Below, in pieces: positions 26,970-42,078 of a DNA stretch of 64,000 nt. Source of the DNA: Dictyostelium discoideum (taxonomy: Eukaryota). Made by a program: the position numbers and the translations under genes. A model generated the notes under the pieces. It was given only the letters and a program-made list of their open reading frames with translations. It had not been told where the DNA came from and ran no database searches. The stretch lies in assembly GCA_000004695.1 (NCBI GenBank), contig CM000151.3, positions 7,712,001 to 7,776,000 of the forward strand. Reading direction: 5' to 3'. Each line of letters opens with the position of its first letter. Positions within the stretch are counted from its first letter, which is position 1.

Positions 26970-27764
26970 TTAAGCAACGCATTTAAAATCACTACAGTTG
27001 ATGAAAGTTTCACCGACTGGGTCAATTCTTTGCCAACGTACTAATAAAACTGAATTGGAGAAACGAGTTGGTAATGAGAGATTGAAAGCATAACCTTTAG
27101 TGGCAGTGCAAGCTGGATGTGAGAAAGGAATATTAGCGGTATTTGGGAAAGTTTGGAACTTTGTTAAGTCTGACCATTTTAATTCAGTGGTAGCTGGGTT
27201 AAAACCTGGGTTGCTTACATAGAATTCCCAATAGCTTGGCTCGTGGGTAGCAGTAGCACAAAAAGTATAAGTGAAATTAACGTGGGTGGCACCTAATGTG
27301 GTTGGAATGTTTGTAACAGTCCATGGGGCGGCAATAGACATACCACTTTTATCATTTGAGGAACTGGTGGCATATGCAGAACATAAAGCAGATGGAACGG
27401 AGGCTTGTAATGCACTATCACCTTGAGCATAGTTTGGGATATTGATTGAGAATTCATTTATTTGAACAAATTGGAATTGTGCGTTATTTCCCTTGTCATA
27501 TACATGTTTGAAAGCTGCTTTACAAGCATCATCAGTAATACCATCACCATTTGCTGGCCACCAAATATTACCTTTTGGACATCTAAAATATAATAAAAAT
27601 TACCAATTTTAATATTTCACTATCTAGTTTATTTATTTTTTTTTTTTATTTAATACATACAAAGTTTGACGGGCCATTGGATAAATTGAATATCCATGAC
27701 CACTAATCAAAGCAACTGAAATCATTGAAACCAATGATAATAATAAGAATTTTGAGATATACAT
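26970..27764 (-). CDS. Secreted lytic polysaccharide monooxygenase of the AA10 (CBM33) type. Exons are complement(27661..27764) and complement(26970..27582).
   Basis: Exon 1 encodes MYISKFLLLSLVSMISVALISG|HGYSIYPMARQT and ends TT|GTATGT (phase 2). The acceptor attttag|A completes L, then CPKGNIWWPANGDGITDDACKAAFKHVYDKGNNAQ... The mature N-terminus HGYSIYPMARQTLC corresponds to the AA10 His1 signature (CBP21: HGYVESPASRAYQC). Later, TATHEPSYWEFYVSNP and LLVRWQRID correspond to TARHSTTSWRYFITKP and LAVWDIAD. The ORF-track ORF 26970..27341 covers only the 3' part of exon 2. Confidence 0.75.
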
Positions 27765-28559
27765 TTTGTTTAAACAAGAATTTTTAATAAAGTATTAAAA
27801 TCAAATCAAATTAATTCCCTTTTATACTTTTTTTTTTCCCAACACGAAAAAAAAAAAAAAAAAAAAAAATTAAATAATAAAAAAAGAAATTTTAAATCAA
27901 AAAAAAAAAAAGGAAAATATCTTTTGTGGAGGAGTTTTGATTATTTGAAAAAAATCTTTAAAAAAAAAAATGACAATTAGTTCGGCTAATTCAAAAAACC
28001 ATGACACGAAAAAAAAAAAATCTAAATTCCAAAATTAATTGGCCATTTTTTTTAATCATAAAATATTAATTAAAAAAAAAAAAAAAATAAAAAAAAAAAA
28101 AGATATTAATGGGGTTTTTCATTTTGTTTGTCTTTTAAACAAAAATGAAAGGGCAAATGGTGACTTTTGGGTCAATAAAAAAAAAAAAATTGTTTAAAAA
28201 AAAAAATAAAAAAAAGTTTTTTTTTATACATCATCTAATTTAATTGAATTAACATTTAAAACTTTTTTTTTTTTTTTTTAAAAAACCATTTTTTATTTTA
28301 TAATTCAATGTTGTTATTTGATTAGCTAATTAAATCACAATCAATCACCAAGATTTTTTTTTTTTTTTTTTTTTCAATAACAGTTTTAAATAATAAACCA
28401 CAACTCAAAAAAAAAGATAAATCTAAAAATTATTTGAAATCATTGATATTAATTCTATTTAATTTTATTTTTTTAAAAATTTATTTTTTTTTTTGGATAA
28501 ATCTTTATTTATTTTTTGTTTTATTTTATTTAAATATTTATTTATTTAAGTATTTATTT

Positions 28560-28675
28560 ATTTATTTAATTGTTTAATTGTTTATTATTAATTTTATTAA
28601 TTTATTTCTTTATTTATTATTTATTATTTGTTTTATTATGTATTTATTCATTTATTCATTTATTTATTTATTAAT

Positions 28676-28715
<40 letters not shown>

Positions 28716-28720
28716 AACAC
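28560..28720. repeat. (ATTT)n/(TTTATT)n microsatellite block
   Basis: Direct reading: tatttatttatttatttatttatttatttattta. The ORF-track ORF 28628..28843 is spurious. Confidence 0.9.
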
Positions 28721-29462
28721 AAAATTGAAATAAAAAAACCCAAACACAAGGATTATTTTCAACCCTATTTTTATAAAAAAAATTTTTGGCCCGCCACCGA
28801 ATTTCTTTGGAAAACCACCATAAATTTTCTTTTAAAAAAATAAAATTGCCTGATTAAAAATTAAAAAATTAAATTTTTTAAATTAAAAAAAAAACCAATC
28901 CCAATAGGTTAGATTTTTTAAATTTCCCTCCCAAAAAAATTTTGGTTGGAAATTTTTTTTTTTTTTTTTTTTTTTTTTATTTCACCCCCTAAAATTTTTT
29001 TTTTAAATGAAGGAATGGTTGCGTTTGAAAAAAAAAAATAAAAAATAAAAAATTAAAAAAAAAAAAAAAAAAAACTGAAAAGAATTTTTTTTTTTTTTTT
29101 TTTTACCCAATTATTATTACAAAGTTGTAATTGTTTATGTGTTTATTGCGTTGTATTGGTGTAATCCCGATTCTTTGCAAAGTTTTTAGGCTATAGGTTA
29201 AAATTTAAAAAATTAACATTTATTTAATTATCATTTTTATTATTTATTTCAAACCATTTTTTTTTTTTTTTTTTTCACTTTCAATATTTAATAACCATAT
29301 ACATTATAAAAAAAAAAAAAACTACAAAAACACACAAACACACACACACTAACTCACTCATATATATTTATATATAAACCTACACAAACACAAGCAGACA
29401 AACATAAAATTAATTTATAAAATACAATACATATTAAATTTTTAAAAGAAGGAAGGAACAAA

Positions 29463-29497
<35 letters not shown>

Positions 29498-29602
29498 TTT
29501 AATCACATTTAAATAAATAAAAAAAATAAAAAAACTTATTTTTTATAATTATTTATTATTTATTTATTATTATTACTTTTTCTATATGGTAATAAATAAA
29601 AA

Positions 29603-32353
<2,751 letters not shown>

Positions 32354-32600
32354 TTCTTTAATAAATTTTAAATTATATATCATAAATTAAAAAAAAAAAA
32401 AAAAAAAAATGGAAAAAATAAAAATAAACTCCTAACCGATTTTTAGACTTTTTGTTTAAGCATTCGCGAATCTATTTTTTTATTTTTTAATATATTTTCA
32501 TTTTTATTTTCATTTTGGGAGTTTCAGTGGTTTTTTTATGCAATTGTAAGAGTAATTAATTTCGTAATCATTCTATCACAAAATCAAAATTAAAAAAATT

Positions 32601-32640
<40 letters not shown>

Positions 32641-32743
32641 TTTAAAGAGAATTTTTCAATTTAAAAATAAAAATAAAAAGAAAACCAATAAATAAATAAT
32701 TAATTAAATATATAAATATATTAAAAAAAAAAAAAAAAAAAAA

Positions 32744-33848
32744 ATGAGTATTGTTGAAAATAATGATAATTTAGTAGCAGTAACTGGTGCTACAGGTTTC
32801 CTTGGTGCATACATCGTTAGAGACTTATTAGAACAAAATTACAGAGTTTTAGCATTTGTTCGTGATCCATATAATCAAGAAAAATTAAAAACTTTAAAAA
32901 GTTTTGATCCAACTGGCTCAAAATTAACCTTTACTGGTGGTGATCTTGAAACTGTAATTATATATTATTAAAAAATAATTATAAAAATAATAATAATAAA
33001 TTAACTAATTTTTATTTATTTATTTTTTTTAAAAAAAAAAAAAAAAAAAGATTGATTATGAAAAAGAATTAAAAAATGTTAATTATGTAATTCATACAGC
33101 ATCACCATTTAAATATTCATCCCCAGATCCTTGGGGTGAAATTATTAATCCAGCAATTAATGGTACACTTGGTGTATTGAAAGCTGCTTCAAAAATATCA
33201 ACTATTAAGAAAGTAATTGTAACTTCATCAGGTTTGGCAGTGTATGATATTGGAACAAAGAAACCTGAAATTAATGATGATGATTGGAGTAATGTGCAAG
33301 ATCCAATTAACCAACCATATCCATATAGTAAAGTAGCTGCTGAGAAAAAAGCATGGGAATATATTAAAGAAAATAATGAAAATCCATCCACAAATCATTT
33401 TAAATTGGTCGTTATTAACCCATCCTATATCTTAGGAGCGGCTTTATCACCATTAGTGAATGCAAGTGTTGCTACAATCGTCAGACATTTAACATTAGCT
33501 GAAAAACCAAGAAATGTTGCGATTGGTGTTGTTGACGTTAGAGATGTTTCAAGATCGCATTTAATCGCTTTGGAAAATGATGATGCCAATGATCAAAGAT
33601 TATTAGTTAGTGCTAAAGTTGTAACATTTAAAAGTATATCCGATTCAATAGTTCAATTATTTCCACAATTTAAATTTAATACAAATACTTTGAATAATGA
33701 AGATCCTGAACCATTCATTTTCAACTTGAAATCAACTAAATTGGATAAATTAAATTTTGGACAATTCATACCATTTGATGAAACTCTTAAAACTATGACT
33801 AAACATTTACTAGATTTAAAAATAATTAATCCTGAATTAAAAAATTAA
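32744..33848 (+). CDS. NAD(P)-dependent epimerase/dehydratase-family reductase of the extended SDR class, similar to cinnamoyl-CoA or dihydroflavonol reductases. Exons are 32744..32953 and 33051..33848 (335 aa).
   Basis: It carries the Rossmann motif VAVTGATGFLGAYIV and the catalytic YPYSK (YxxxK). Exon 1 ends ...GGDLET|GTAATT in phase 0. The acceptor aaaaag|ATTGATTATG leads into IDYEKELKNVNYVIHTASPF... Confidence 0.8.
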
Positions 33849-34560
33849 TTTTTAAAAATTCTAAAAATAGAAATAAAAAAAATTAAAAATAAAATAAAAT
33901 AAACAAACTAGTAAAAAATAAATAAATTATTTATTTTATATTAAATAAATTCAATCAAAAAATAAGATTTACTTGAAATTATTATAATTATTACTATTAT
34001 TAAATAAACAAGTTAAACAAATAATTTAGGTATTTTTTTAAATTAATTTAATCAAAAAAAAAAAAAAAAAAACAAAAAAAAAGATTTTACCAAAATTATT
34101 TGTTTCACTTGTTTATTTAATAATTATAATAATAATAATAATAATAATTTAGGTAAATTTTTTTTTTTTTTTTTTTTCGAGTGATGCCAATACTCAAAAA
34201 AAAAAGAAAATATTTTTTCACTTGGAATTTTCAAATTGTTTTTTTTTTTTTTGTATGCTTTTGGAACCCTAAAAAAAAACACATCAACAAAACCTGATTT
34301 TTCGCTATAAAAAATTTTATTTTATTTTAATTATTTTAATTTTAAATTTATTTTTTTTATTTATTTTTTTTTTTAAAAAATTTTTTTTTTTTTTTTTTTT
34401 AAATTTTTTTATTTTTTTTTTTTTTTATTTTTTTTATTTTATAATTCCCAAACTTTTAATATTAAATATTATTTTTTTTTTAACACGTAATAAATAATTG
34501 GAAAAAAATAAAAAAAATAAAAAAAATAAAAAAAATAAAAAAATAAAAAAATAAATAAAA

Positions 34561-35278
34561 ATGGCATTTGATAATAACAATAACAATGAAAATGAAAAAA
34601 CTCCATTAGTACAAGCAGCAGCACCACAACCACAAGTACAACCAATTCAAGCTGTACAATATAATAATTTACAACCACAACAATTCTATTACCCACCAAT
34701 TCAACAACAACAACAACAATTTGCTTATCAACAACAAATCCCACAACAACAACAATCACAAACATATGCTGCACCACCACCAGGTTACGTTTATGCACCA
34801 GCTCCACAATACCAAATTGCACCACAATATCAACCAACCCCAATCATTGTTGAAAAATGTCATTCACAAAAATCTCACACATCTAAAGATACTACTGGTG
34901 CTATCATCATTTTCATTTTAGGTGTAAGTATTTTTTTTTTTAAAATAATGGAAAAAAAAAAAAAAAAAAAAAAAAACAGGAATAAAAAACGAAAAAAACA
35001 AAAAAAAAAAAAAAAAAAAGATATTTTTTAGATATTAATTTTTTAATTTTTTTTTTTTTTTTAAAAAATTTTAGTTCTTTGTTTCTTGTGTATGGTTAGC
35101 TGGTTGTTTATATTTCAGATCTAAAGAACCAGTTGCCAGAGGTTTAGGTATTTTATCAGTTGTTCTCTTTGTTATTGGTGTAATTGTTGCTATCATTGTT
35201 CTTTCAGTTGCTCTCGCTGGATCTTCAACCTATTCATACTACAATTATTCATCTGAAAGCAGTAGTTATTATTATTAA
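34561..35278 (+). CDS. Small membrane protein of 188 aa. It has a Pro/Gln-rich N-terminus with a PPxY (PY) motif (APPPGYVYAP) and two predicted TM helices. Exons are 34561..34923 and 35075..35278.
   Basis: The donor is GGT|GTAAGT (phase 0) and the acceptor ttttag|TTCTTTG. Exon 2 encodes FFVSCVWLAGCLYFRSKEPVARGLGILSVVLFVIGVIVAIIVLSVALAGSSTYSYYNYSSESSSYYY*. Confidence 0.6.
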
Positions 35279-35299
35279 TAATATTGTATAATCAAACGT

Positions 35300-35335
<36 letters not shown>

Positions 35336-36047
35336 AACCAACAAAAATTTAATGATCAATGAATCAATTGTAAGAAAAAAAAAAAAAACCATCAAAAAAA
35401 AAAAAAAAATTAAATTAAGATATAATTTTCCAATCTGTAATAAAAAGTACCAAAACAATTTAATGGTAAAAAAAATAAAAATAAAAATAAAATAAAATAA
35501 AAAAAAATAATATTATAAAAATAAAAATAGACTTTATTAAAATAGTTTTTTAACCTTTTTTGGAAATATTTGTTTTTTATTATTTTTAGATTTTTTAATT
35601 ATTATTAAACTTGTAAAAAAAAAAAAAAAATTAATAATAATAATAATCAACAAATAAATTTAAATATGTATGATTTTTTTTTTTTTATTTTTCTTTTTTT
35701 ACAAGTTTAATAGTTAATGATGGTGAGAGTATAATTTTATTAATAAACAAACGAATATATGAATGTATGTTTTATTTAAATCATTAATCAATTTTTTTCA
35801 ATAATAAAAATTATTTTAAACCCCTTCAGATAATTATCTGAAAAAAACCAGTGAACATTTTTTTTTTTCTCTGAAATTATTTTTATTTTATTTTTTTTTT
35901 TGTTTTGTTTTGTTTATTTTTTTATTTTTTTATTTTTTTATTTTTTTTATTTTATTTTGTTTTTTTTTTTTTTTTTTTATTTTATTGACATTAACAAATA
36001 AATATAAAAAATATAATAATTATTAATCACTCATATAAAATAAAATA

Positions 36048-36806
36048 ATGAACAATAATAATAATAAAATAAAAATAGAAAAAGAAATAATAAATGAACT
36101 TTGCATAAAAGAAAATTCATTTTATTTAAAAAATATATTAAAATTAATAAACTACAAATATTATAATAATAATAATTTAACAGAATTACAGAGAGTTCAA
36201 TTAAATAATATTATATTAAATATAAAATCACCATATAGATTAATAAAACAAGAATATTTTAATATTTCAGTTGAAGAGATTGAAAAAAATGTTGACTTAT
36301 TTAATGATTTAAATGATCATATTGATTATATTGAAAAAGTTGCAACCCATTTCTTAAATAATATTGATTTGATTCATATATTTAATAATTTATTAGATGG
36401 TTATTATAATTTTGAAAAAGAATTAATTAAAAGAATTTTTACAAGAAATGAAAATAATAATAATAATAAAAATAAAAATGGTGATATATTTTGTGATATT
36501 GTATCAAATTCTTTATTATTATTTGAAGATTTAAAATATAGAGAACTTTCAATTTCAAATTTAAATAAATTATCTACAATAAAAGAAAATATAAATTATT
36601 TTTCATTTATTGGAAATAGTGATAACTCAAATCTAGAAAATAAAAAAAATCAATATTATTATAATTGTAAATTTGAAAATTCAGAATATTCATTAAAACC
36701 GGCTCATCAAAATGCGACTTACCAATTTTATAATAATTTATTTCCAAATAAAAATGAATTAATATCTCCAACTCAATTAATAATTGGTTTTAATTTATTA
36801 AATCCA

Positions 36807-36853
<47 letters not shown>

Positions 36854-37397
36854 TAATTCAAATAATAATAATAATAATTTAAATAAAAAAAATGAAATAT
36901 TATCATTATTTACAATTAAAAAATCAAAAGAGAAACAAGAGAATTTTCAAAATATTAAAAAATTAATTTTTCATAAACCTGAAATTATTGATAAAATTGA
37001 TATTGAAAGTTATAGTGCACATTTTATAAGTAGTTTATTATTTTTCCAAAATGATTATGAAATTAATTGTTCAGATTTTACAATTAGAGTTTGTAGTAAT
37101 AATAATAATGATGATAATAATTTTCATTCAATTGAAAGGGATGAATTATTTACAATGACAAATAAAGAATGTAAACAAATTAATATTCAAATTAGAACTT
37201 CAAATATTTTATATACTCTTTCAAATTTAATGTCAAAACCAATTCATCAATCAATTGTAAATTTTATTCTCTCACAAAATCCAAATATTTTCATAATGAA
37301 TTGGTTAGTTTCATTATATAATAAACAACAATCAATATATCAAAAAATGTATACTGAATCAATGAAAATAATAACTGATTTATCTTCTATAAATAAC

Positions 37398-37432
<35 letters not shown>

Positions 37433-38051
37433 TAATAATAATAATAATAAAAATAATAATAATAATAATCATATTATAAATAATAATAATATTGGTATAT
37501 TAAATCAATTATTTTTAAATTTTGATGAAGGTTTAATAAAAGAAATGTTAGATAGATTTAAAAAAATTCAAAAAATTTTAAAAAGATCTTTAAATAATAA
37601 TAATAATAACAGTGATAATAATGATAATAGTAATAGTGAAAAAAAATTAATTACACATTATGATTTATTAAAGAAAATAAAACCAGTTACTTATTATTAT
37701 TATATGGCATTATCATATGAATATATTGATCCATATAATAATATATATAAACATGATTATATTGATTTATTAAGAAGGAATCCTCCAAAAGATATTAGAA
37801 AATTTAATAAATTATTATTATCACAAGATTATAGGGAAGGAAATATTCAACATAATAAAATCTCTTTAAAAGAAGCAATTCAAGAATTAATTTTAAATTC
37901 ACCTGTTAAAGATTTTACAATTAAAAATCAACAACAACTACTACAACAACAAAATTCAGAATCATTCATTAAAAAATGGAAATTAATGATTGAATCTTTA
38001 AATTTAACAGACTTTAAATATCATCAATCTTGGTTAAGCCAATCAATTTAA
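36048..38051 (+). CDS. Asn-rich hypothetical protein of 667 aa in a single exon, with no recognisable domain
   Basis: ATG at 36048. There is a continuous ORF with Dictyostelium-typical poly-N insertions. Confidence 0.5.
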
Positions 38052-38159
38052 TTTTAAAAAAGAAAATAAAAACAATAATAATAATAATAAATAATTAAAA
38101 AAAAAAACAAATCAACAACTTTTTTTTTTTTTTTCTCAAAACCTAAAATTATGTTTGAA

Positions 38160-38345
38160 TAAGGAAATATGGTAAAATAAATAAAATAAAAAATAAAATA
38201 AAGAATAAAACAAAACTTAACTCAAATAGGTGATAACATTTAAATACAAAAATTCCCAACCCAATCCTCGGGTAGGTCTCACTCTCTTTTTTTTTTTTTT
38301 CAGATATTTTTTTTTTTTTTGATTACTATTTTTAGATTTTTTTTT
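38160..38345 (+). repeat. Copy A of a dispersed ~190-bp repeat, about 80% identical to copy B at 40265..40470 and in the same orientation
   Basis: The shared blocks are atgtttgaWtaaggaaata ... ctcaaataggtKaYaacatttaaatacWaaaaYtcccaaccYaatcctc...cactcWctc-(T)n-attaYtatttttagattttttttt. Confidence 0.7.
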
Positions 38346-38721
38346 CTTTTACTTTTTTATTTTCCGCCTTAAAAAAAAAAAAAAATTTTTTCATTTGAAT
38401 TAAAAAAAATAAATAAAAAAAAGATTTTTATTTTATTTTTTAAATAAATGAGACATATGATGTCATTAATATTTTTTATTTTATTTTTCCTAGAAATAGA
38501 TATACATTGTTGATATTGCCTATTCAATGAAGTTAACTTTATTTTTTTGAGTCCCAACAAAACTTAAAAAAAAAACTATTATTTTAATTTTTAATTTTTT
38601 TCAAAAAATAAATATCTAACGATATTTTTATAGTTTTTTTTTTTTTATATAAAATTAACATGGTTTTTTTTTTTTATTTTTTTATTTTATTTTCAAACCA
38701 AAACACGTTACACGAAAAAAA

Positions 38722-39531
38722 ATGACTACTATGCTTAAAGAATCATATAAATTAATATTAATATTATTCGTATCATTATTTGTTACATGCTCATTATGTA
38801 TCAATTATCAACCAACCACTGATGATGATTTAAATTCATCTGAACCAACTCAAAAATGTGTATTTGTTGATGATGATGGAAAGACTATTGATTTGACTCC
38901 AATCCAAGGGTACTTATTATAATATAAATTAATTTAAATCTTCCACCCAAACTAACCATTTTTTTTTATTTTTTATTTTTATTTTTTTATTTATTTTATA
39001 GGGGTTACTCTTATTTTGATGCACCAAGCGGTACTGAAGTATGTAGTTAAATTATAAATACATAATTATTAATTTATTTTTTTATTTAAAATTGTATGGA
39101 AAACTTTGTTTTTTAACTTTATTTTTATTTTTTTTTTTAATTTTTATTTTTAGTATCATTATGGAATTTGTTCACCAAATAAATATTGTCAAAAATTATT
39201 AAATACAGATGTTGAAATTGAATCATGTGGTATATTCTCATCACCAAATGTAACATATGCAATTAGTTTATTTGATAGTAATACAAATTCAGTTCAAGTT
39301 TATACAGAAGTTACAAATTTATTTTATTATAGAAATGTTGGTGTAAATGTTTGTCCAGGTAATGGTTTAATGTCAATGCAATTAGAATTAAATTGTAATT
39401 ATTATTTTAATTTTACTGTCCATACTGTTTTACAAGCTAGAACTTGTAATACCATAATTTCAATTGGTACAATTCATGCATGTGAAGCCGGTAGTAAACC
39501 AGATGATACTCATGTTTCTTTAAATATTTAA
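38722..39531 (+). CDS. Small secreted protein of about 200 aa with a possible MRH (mannose-6-phosphate receptor homology)-like domain. Exons are 38722..38909, 39002..39038 and 39154..39531.
   Basis: The signal peptide is MTTMLKESYKLILILFVSLFVTCSLC. Donor GG|GTACTT is phase 2 and acceptor ttttatag|G follows it; donor GAA|GTATGT is phase 0 and acceptor tttag|TAT follows it. The mature region reads KCVFVDDDGKTIDLTPIQGGYSYFDAPSGTEYHYGICSPNKYCQ...C...C, which fits the MRH Cys/Tyr spacing only loosely. Confidence 0.45.
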
Positions 39532-39805
39532 AATAAAATTTAATTAAATAACTATATTTAGTATTTTCTTAAAATAAATCATTATATTTTGAATATAATC
39601 AAAAAATGAGATGTTGTTTTTATACTTTTTTATTATATGTTAATATAGACGTTATTAATTTACAAAATAAAGGTAAAAGTGTTTTTTTTAATAAATGATA
39701 ATTTTTTTTTTATTTTTTAAATAATTTTTTTTCTTTTTTTAAATTACTTATTAAGTTCACAAGTTTTATAAAATTCAAATACCCTTTGAGTTGATATTAA
39801 AGTTA

Positions 39806-40239
39806 TATTTACATATTATTTTAAATCACTATTGTTAGGAAATTGCGATAGCAAATTATTAGAATACATTTTTGCTTTTTCAATAGCCTCATTGGTTAGG
39901 TTGATAGTTTGATCCATTGCAATTTGAATTGAACCACATTGTTAAGTAATTATTTTAACCAAATTAACAAAACTTTTTTCTTTAAATTCTTTTTTGAATG
40001 ATGAACAATCATTTACTAAAATGCCAACTGAACCAATCCAAAAAATAAACTCTTTAAAATTTTCAGAGTATTTAATGTTATTTGATAAAGTAAGATGTAA
40101 TGAAAAACAAGCTATACAATGTCCATGACCACCATCAAGAGCTCTTAAATTTAAATAATAAATAGGTTCATATTTAATAAAACATCATTTGACTTATTAA
40201 TATATTGAGAAAATGATTTTTCAATAAATCTTGAACCCA
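39806..40239 (-). pseudogene. Terpene synthase (class I, microbial-type) pseudogene fragment. It covers only the C-terminal part, including the NSE/DTE metal-binding motif, and is interrupted by stops and frameshifts.
   Basis: The minus strand reads MGSRFIEKSFSQYINKSNDVLLNMNLFII*...DGGHGHCIACFSLHLTLSNNIKYSENFKEFIFWIGSVGILVNDCSSFKKEFKEKSFVNLVKII...AMDQTINLTNEAIEKAKMYSNNLLSQFPNNSDLK*. NDCSSFKKE matches ND(L/I/V)xSxxKE. There is no upstream DDxxD region. It lies immediately downstream of repeat copy B on the minus strand, at the copy's 5' edge on plus coordinates. Confidence 0.5.
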
Positions 40240-40264
40240 TGACCCAATCTTTTGTAATCAAAAT

Positions 40265-40453
40265 GTTTGATTAAGGAAATATTGCAAATCCCAAAATAAT
40301 ATTCTCTAAAAATGGGATTTAATTTTAAAATAAAAATAAAGTCTTTCTCAAAAAAATAGGTTATCATTTAAATACTAAAACTCCCAACCTAATCCTCAAG
40401 TGTGCAACGCACTCACTCATTTTTTTTTTTTTTTTAATTATTATTTTTAGATT

Positions 40454-40470
<17 letters not shown>
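40265..40470 (+). repeat. Copy B of the dispersed ~190-bp repeat (see 38160..38345)
   Basis: Aligned by eye; about 80% identity over roughly 150 nt plus a T-run. Confidence 0.7.
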
Positions 40471-40506
<36 letters not shown>

Positions 40507-40527
40507 AAAAAATATCATTTAATAACA

Positions 40528-42040
40528 ATGAATAAAATTGTAATAATTAAAAATCAAACCATAATTATAAAAATTATAAATTATTTAACATCATTTTGGG
40601 TTAGTGGTGGTAAATTTGGAGATTCATCGTCAAATGAAATGTTTTCATTAGTTTTTATTGGGATAGTACGTGATTTATCAATGGTTTCAAAGGAATGGTA
40701 TAATACAATAATACCAATTGGATTGAAATTACCACAATACTATCTACTAAATGAAAGTGAATTATTGAATAAAGGAATTAAAAGAATGATTAATTCAAAA
40801 TCAATATTCATTAAATTAGGTAGTGTTACAAATGCTAATCATAAATCTAGATTATTAAATGAATTCAGTGATTCGATATCATCGATTACATTAAAACCAA
40901 ATTTCAATGCAACTGATATAAGTAATAGTAACCAATTCAATATTAAACCATGGTGTTTTAAAAATTTACAAAGTTTACAACTAAATTTAGGAGATTATCC
41001 AAATTGGAAAATTTATTTAAATCATTTATTCCCAATTAATCAATTCAATTCACAAATTAATGCTACAAATGATCAATTAGAATTATTAAATAAATTACAT
41101 AATGATTCAAATTGTGTTAATTTAACATCAATTAATGAAATTACAAATAATAATAATAATAATAATTATTATAATTTTGATTGGACAAATCAATTGAAAA
41201 CTTTAATATTAGATTTCACCACTACCACTACCAACACTACAAATGCCACCACTGATTTTGATTTAACAATTTTTGATAATTTCATTAAATTGGGTGGTTT
41301 TTATAAATTAAATACTTTAAAATTGAAATCAAATTTAAAGAGAGTTGATGGTTTATGTTCAGAATTAACCAAAAAAGTTGAAACATTTCAATTATATGGT
41401 ATTAGAATTGATAGTGAACAAATTTCAAAATTACTTGCATCAACTTCAAATAATTTAAAATTCTTTGAAACTTCACAATGTTTACCATTAATTGGATCAA
41501 AATCAATTTGTGAAACTTTGAAATCAATTTTTTCAAATTCAAATAATTCTTGTAAATTAGAATCATATCATCAAACTTCATACTCTAATGAAGATTTAAA
41601 TGATTTAATATCACTTTTATCATCATCAAATAATGAAAATTTTAAATCTTTGAAAATTAATAGTCAAATTGAACTTTCAAAAAATTCAAACTCCAATAAC
41701 AATAACAACAGTGGTAGTGGTAGTAGTATTGGTTATAATCAATCATCAATTCAATATCTATCATTAATATTACCAGACACAAGTTTTTGTAAATTTATTT
41801 TCTCAAAAGTTTCATTTAAATTAACAACTTTAAATCTTAAATTTATAAGATTCTATTCATCAAATTTAAACGATAAATTAAATAATGATACAGAAATGAT
41901 TGATATTATAATTGAAATTTTAAAAAATCAAAATCAATCTTTAAAAATTTTAAAAATTCAAAATACTATTTCAGATTTAGATAAATTAAAACAAAATCCA
42001 ATTAATTGTTCAATTTCAAAATTATTATCTTTTATTTGTG

Positions 42041-42078
<38 letters not shown>

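Noticed and set aside
33092-33391. 99-aa antisense ORF within the epimerase/dehydratase gene
   Set aside because: It is antisense to a well-supported exon and has no independent evidence.
38215-38280. Possible DUSE-like ncRNA promoter element (TCCCAACCCAATCC) in the dispersed repeat
   Set aside because: It does not match the [AT]CCCA[CT]AA consensus exactly, and no recognisable snRNA or class I RNA body lies downstream. It is kept only as part of the repeat finding.
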